Of a stretch of 64,000 bases of DNA, positions 61,265-64,000 are shown one piece after another (the stretch's first letter is position 1; the number at the start of each line of letters is the position of its first letter). This DNA comes from Patescibacteria group bacterium (GTDB taxonomy: Bacteria > Patescibacteriota > Patescibacteriia > Patescibacteriales > BM507). The stretch spans positions 10,664 through 74,663 of the forward strand of contig JAQIDC010000036.1 in NCBI GenBank assembly GCA_027858235.1, given 5' to 3'. A program made the position numbers and the translations under genes. The notes beneath the pieces were generated by a model that was not told the DNA's origin, did no database searches, and saw only the letters and a list, made by a program, of their open reading frames with translations.

Positions 61265-61855
61265 TTATTTTTTTATTTCCTCAACTATCTCGGGAAAATG
61301 CTCTTGATGAAAATGACCTCGGTCTTTGTATGTATGTATCTTGGCATTTGGTAAATCTCTCCTGTAATATTCGACTTCTTTATATGGCACTAATAAATCA
61401 TCCTCACTTTGATGTAAGTGAATATCTTCGCACTGCTCAGAAACACCGTCCAATGTCTGATTTAATGCAAAACTTCCTATTTTATCAGAACCTGAGTGCG
61501 GAGCTGCTACAAGAATAAGTTTTTTTATTTTTTTGGGAAAATTATTTTCAGACAAATACTTAACTAAAAATATACCTCCCATAGAATGTCCAACGAGAAC
61601 AACATCTTCTTGAATATAAGGGAATATTCTCTCAAACCATATTTTCCACTCCGCATATTTAGCATTGTCTTTATTCGGCATACGAGGAGCAAATACTTCA
61701 AAATCACTTCCCAATTCATCTGCCAAATTATCCTTCCATCCTCTCCATGATAAAAATGACTCAACAGTCACTTCTCTATTTTTTAGATAATTAATATATT
61801 CATCATAAGAATCAAATGAATTTGCCCCATGTATAACAATAACTTGTTTTTTCAT
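61265..61855 (-). CDS. Alpha/beta serine hydrolase (YdeN/RBBP9-like)
   Basis: 196 aa with nucleophile elbow VGHSMGG and a C-terminal GHF motif. Confidence 0.7.
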   Translation of the reverse strand: MKKQVIVIHGANSFDSYDEYINYLKNREVTVESFLSWRGWKDNLADELGSDFEVFAPRMPNKDNAKYAEWKIWFERIFPYIQEDVVLVGHSMGGIFLVKYLSENNFPKKIKKLILVAAPHSGSDKIGSFALNQTLDGVSEQCEDIHLHQSEDDLLVPYKEVEYYRRDLPNAKIHTYKDRGHFHQEHFPEIVEEIKK

Positions 61856-61895
61856 ATTTTTAATTTATCTATAAATCCTCCTTTTATTATATCAC

Positions 61896-61925
61896 AAAAA
61901 AAGACGCGTTTAAGCGTCTTTTTCT
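61896..61925 (-). terminator. Rho-independent terminator after the GH5 gene
   Basis: Stem AAGACGC/GCGTCTT with a 6-nt loop, flanked by A7 and T5. Confidence 0.7.
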
Positions 61926-61943
61926 ATTTAAACTATCTTTTGT

Positions 61944-64000
61944 TTATTCCATCAAAGTCTCCTCAATATTATTAATTCCAGCCAACACAGCTTCTAGCTG
62001 TGCTGGGTCTGTTGAGAAATCATTCATTCCCGCTCTACTCCAATCATAATCAAGATGATTTAATCTAGCGTATTGGTCTTCTTCCCAAACATGAACTGAC
62101 CATCCCCAAATCTCGTCTGAATATTCTTTATTCATCAAATTCATCATATCAAGTAACCAAAGCTCCGCTCCTGGTGCTTCTCTATTCACGGCAAATTCGG
62201 CAAGATAAACTTGAACTCCATATTCCTTATAAAAATTACCTACAGTATCTGCAAAAAGATTATCAATCATTTCATAATTCCAAGTTGTTTCGCCATAATG
62301 CTCTTCGTCATAAGTTCCTGGATAAGCATTATATTCAACATTACCATACCAAGCCTCCTCTTGAATAGTAAACTGAATCGGTCTGTAGCCATGAACTGAT
62401 GCTGCTATATTTTCATCATTCAATACAGCTATAGATGGAATCCAATCAGATAATGATTCTGTTTTCCAGGAATATGCTGGAGTTGCAACTATTAAATGAG
62501 TATCATTATTTTCTCTAATTGTATCGATTAAGCTATCTTGTAAATCATACCAAAGATATCCTTTATCTTCATTTGGGTCATAGTCTGTTTTTGGTTCTGG
62601 TTCATTGAACAATTCATATACAACAGCTTCACTGTCTCTATCTTTCATTAATTGAGACAATTGATCCCAAACCGTAACAAGAAGCTCTCGATATTCTTCA
62701 CCGGCACTTATATTTTCTGCAACATCCCACATCCTAGTATCTTTTGGCTTGTCCTCTGAAATAAACCAACGATTTAATCCTGGAATTTCATGAACATCAA
62801 CAATAACTTTTATTCCATATTCTTTTCCTAATGCTAAAACTGAATTTAGCTTATCAATATTTTCAGGCAAGATGGTTCTTGATGAACTAGCTAAATTAAA
62901 ATCAACGCTCGGTTCTAGAAGATCACCATCCATTAGCATTAAACGAACAGTTGAGACGCCATTTTCAGAAAAATATTCAAAATCATTTCTACCTACTGTA
63001 TTATAAACAGTAACTCCACGATTATAATCTTCATAAGTTACTGGGTCTACAACTGGATCAACTATCGGATCCTCATCAACAGAGTCTTCAATTACTAGAT
63101 CTTCGTCAATTGGTTCGTCTCCATCAGGAATAACATCAAAAGCTTTTTTACCATACAATTCGAATCCTTCTCCTGTATCTAGATAATACCAAAATTCTAA
63201 GTGACCAGCTTGAGCATTATAATATGCTGGGAAAAAATTACTATAAGCCCAGCCAGCTCCAACGTTTTGCCAATCAGTATCATAAGTCCACATTAACTCT
63301 TCTCCGTTATGCAATTCGACTCTATATCTATGGTCAACATAAATATTTCTAACCTGTGCCATTAGATAAACGTTTTCGCCTTCGTTAAAAGTATTGCTTA
63401 CTTTTAGTGGTTTTAGATTCCAATGATCATTATCTCCTCCATGCTCCCACTCAGTGGCAGTCACAGCATGATCAAAAACTAATTCATCCATTTCTCCTTC
63501 AACTGAAAATGCCTTATTCTCAAGAAGTTTATAACCATCTCCGGTATTTATATAAATTCTAAATCTATAATTACCTGGTTGGGCATCAGAAAATGTTGGT
63601 AAGAAATTTGCATAGGTCCAACCTGTTCCAACTTCTCTCCATGGGGTTTCATACTCCCACAACATATCATCTCCCTTAAGAACCTCTACCTTCCATTGAT
63701 GGTTGCGATAAATATTCTTTACTTGAGATAGTGCAAAAATTGTTTCTCCTTTAGAAAAAACATTTTTTTGCCCAGTTGGTTTTATATCCCAATAAGCCCC
63801 TTCGTTCTCATCTCCATGTTCCCAACCAGAGCTTAAATATGTATGACGATAAGTGTGTTCTTCAAGATCTCCCACAACTCTAAAATCAGTGTTAGCAATA
63901 TTAAAAAATCCTACGCCTGTATCAATATACACCTTGAACTTATAATTTCCTGGTTGTGTATTAGTATAGCTTGGATAAAAATTACTATATTCCCATTTTT
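61944..64000 (-). CDS. GH5-family glycoside hydrolase with N-terminal tandem ~115-aa repeats; 5' end off the right window edge
   Basis: C-terminal catalytic domain with acid/base LFNEPEP and nucleophile YLAEFAV. The ORF-track start at 63932 is an internal GTG. The frame stays open to 64000 and encodes another repeat (KWEYSNFYPSYTNTQPGNYKFKV). Confidence 0.8.
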   Translation of the reverse strand, partial: KWEYSNFYPSYTNTQPGNYKFKVYIDTGVGFFNIANTDFRVVGDLEEHTYRHTYLSSGWEHGDENEGAYWDIKPTGQKNVFSKGETIFALSQVKNIYRNHQWKVEVLKGDDMLWEYETPWREVGTGWTYANFLPTFSDAQPGNYRFRIYINTGDGYKLLENKAFSVEGEMDELVFDHAVTATEWEHGGDNDHWNLKPLKVSNTFNEGENVYLMAQVRNIYVDHRYRVELHNGEELMWTYDTDWQNVGAGWAYSNFFPAYYNAQAGHLEFWYYLDTGEGFELYGKKAFDVIPDGDEPIDEDLVIEDSVDEDPIVDPVVDPVTYEDYNRGVTVYNTVGRNDFEYFSENGVSTVRLMLMDGDLLEPSVDFNLASSSRTILPENIDKLNSVLALGKEYGIKVIVDVHEIPGLNRWFISEDKPKDTRMWDVAENISAGEEYRELLVTVWDQLSQLMKDRDSEAVVYELFNEPEPKTDYDPNEDKGYLWYDLQDSLIDTIRENNDTHLIVATPAYSWKTESLSDWIPSIAVLNDENIAASVHGYRPIQFTIQEEAWYGNVEYNAYPGTYDEEHYGETTWNYEMIDNLFADTVGNFYKEYGVQVYLAEFAVNREAPGAELWLLDMMNLMNKEYSDEIWGWSVHVWEEDQYARLNHLDYDWSRAGMNDFSTDPAQLEAVLAGINNIEETLME

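Noticed and set aside
1560-62399. About 45 further 60-130-aa ORF-track entries antisense to or out of frame with long genes (for example 1560-1754, 4654-5031, 6683-6949, 9079-9558, 14458-14820, 24823-25113, 28271-29419, 34195-35122, 46136-47224, 54069-54997, 61123-61518, 62174-62399).
   Set aside because: Each lies wholly inside a longer ORF with clear family motifs. AT-rich genomes generate many such shadow ORFs. None has a convincing SD or recognisable motifs.
1-64000. Alternative genetic code (UGA recoding, as in some CPR lineages).
   Set aside because: All conserved genes give full-length uninterrupted products with code 11. TGA is used as a genuine stop (for example at 58866), where the protein ends sensibly.

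Overview
AT-rich (about one-third GC, judged by eye), very gene-dense 64-kb chromosomal segment. I call about 72 protein genes. More than 85% are on the minus strand, and several have 4-8 nt start/stop overlaps. I saw no rRNA, tRNA, CRISPR array, transposase, integrase or phage genes. Long intact ORFs fit the standard bacterial code (11).

Gene content, left to right:
- murJ (partial) and a fermentative pduL-ackA pair with a PfkB kinase.
- A GldG-type ABC-2 transporter operon.
- An expanded heat-shock locus: CIRCE, hrcA, NUDIX::grpE, hsp20, dnaK, DUF3467, dnaJ, plus orphan ORFs.
- mreBCD-mrdA and proS.
- secDF and secA.
- A DUF3494 (ice-binding-like) surface protein with its own sortase.
- hpf, rseP, frr and holB.
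- A dTDP-sugar / polyprenyl-phosphate glycosyltransferase cluster.
- Two HIT proteins and an SPFH protein.
- A type-III P-type ATPase and HU.
- A CsoR-like regulator with a ferredoxin-thioredoxin operon.
- An MgtE-like channel, a secreted thermonuclease and greA.
- An ECF sigma / DUF5667 pair, flanked by a 1026-aa output-less sensor and a MopE-like Cys/Asp-rich repeat protein.
- A GH5 glycosidase running off the right edge.

The streamlined housekeeping genes, the fermentation genes and the many small orphan membrane proteins suggest a small-genome CPR/Patescibacteria-like bacterium. This is inference only.

Most noteworthy observations:
1. The sensor / sigma / anti-sigma-like / metal-motif protein module.
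2. Unusual domain fusions in core machinery: NUDIX-GrpE, parvulin PPIase domains inside SecD, and a ProRS with a Zn ribbon in place of the INS domain.
3. A family of 35-nt five-unit tandem heptamer arrays abutting gene ends.
4. Two copies of a palindromic intergenic element with conserved termini.
5. A 24-nt perfect (TACG)n palindrome.

All family assignments come from motif recognition by eye. No database search was run.
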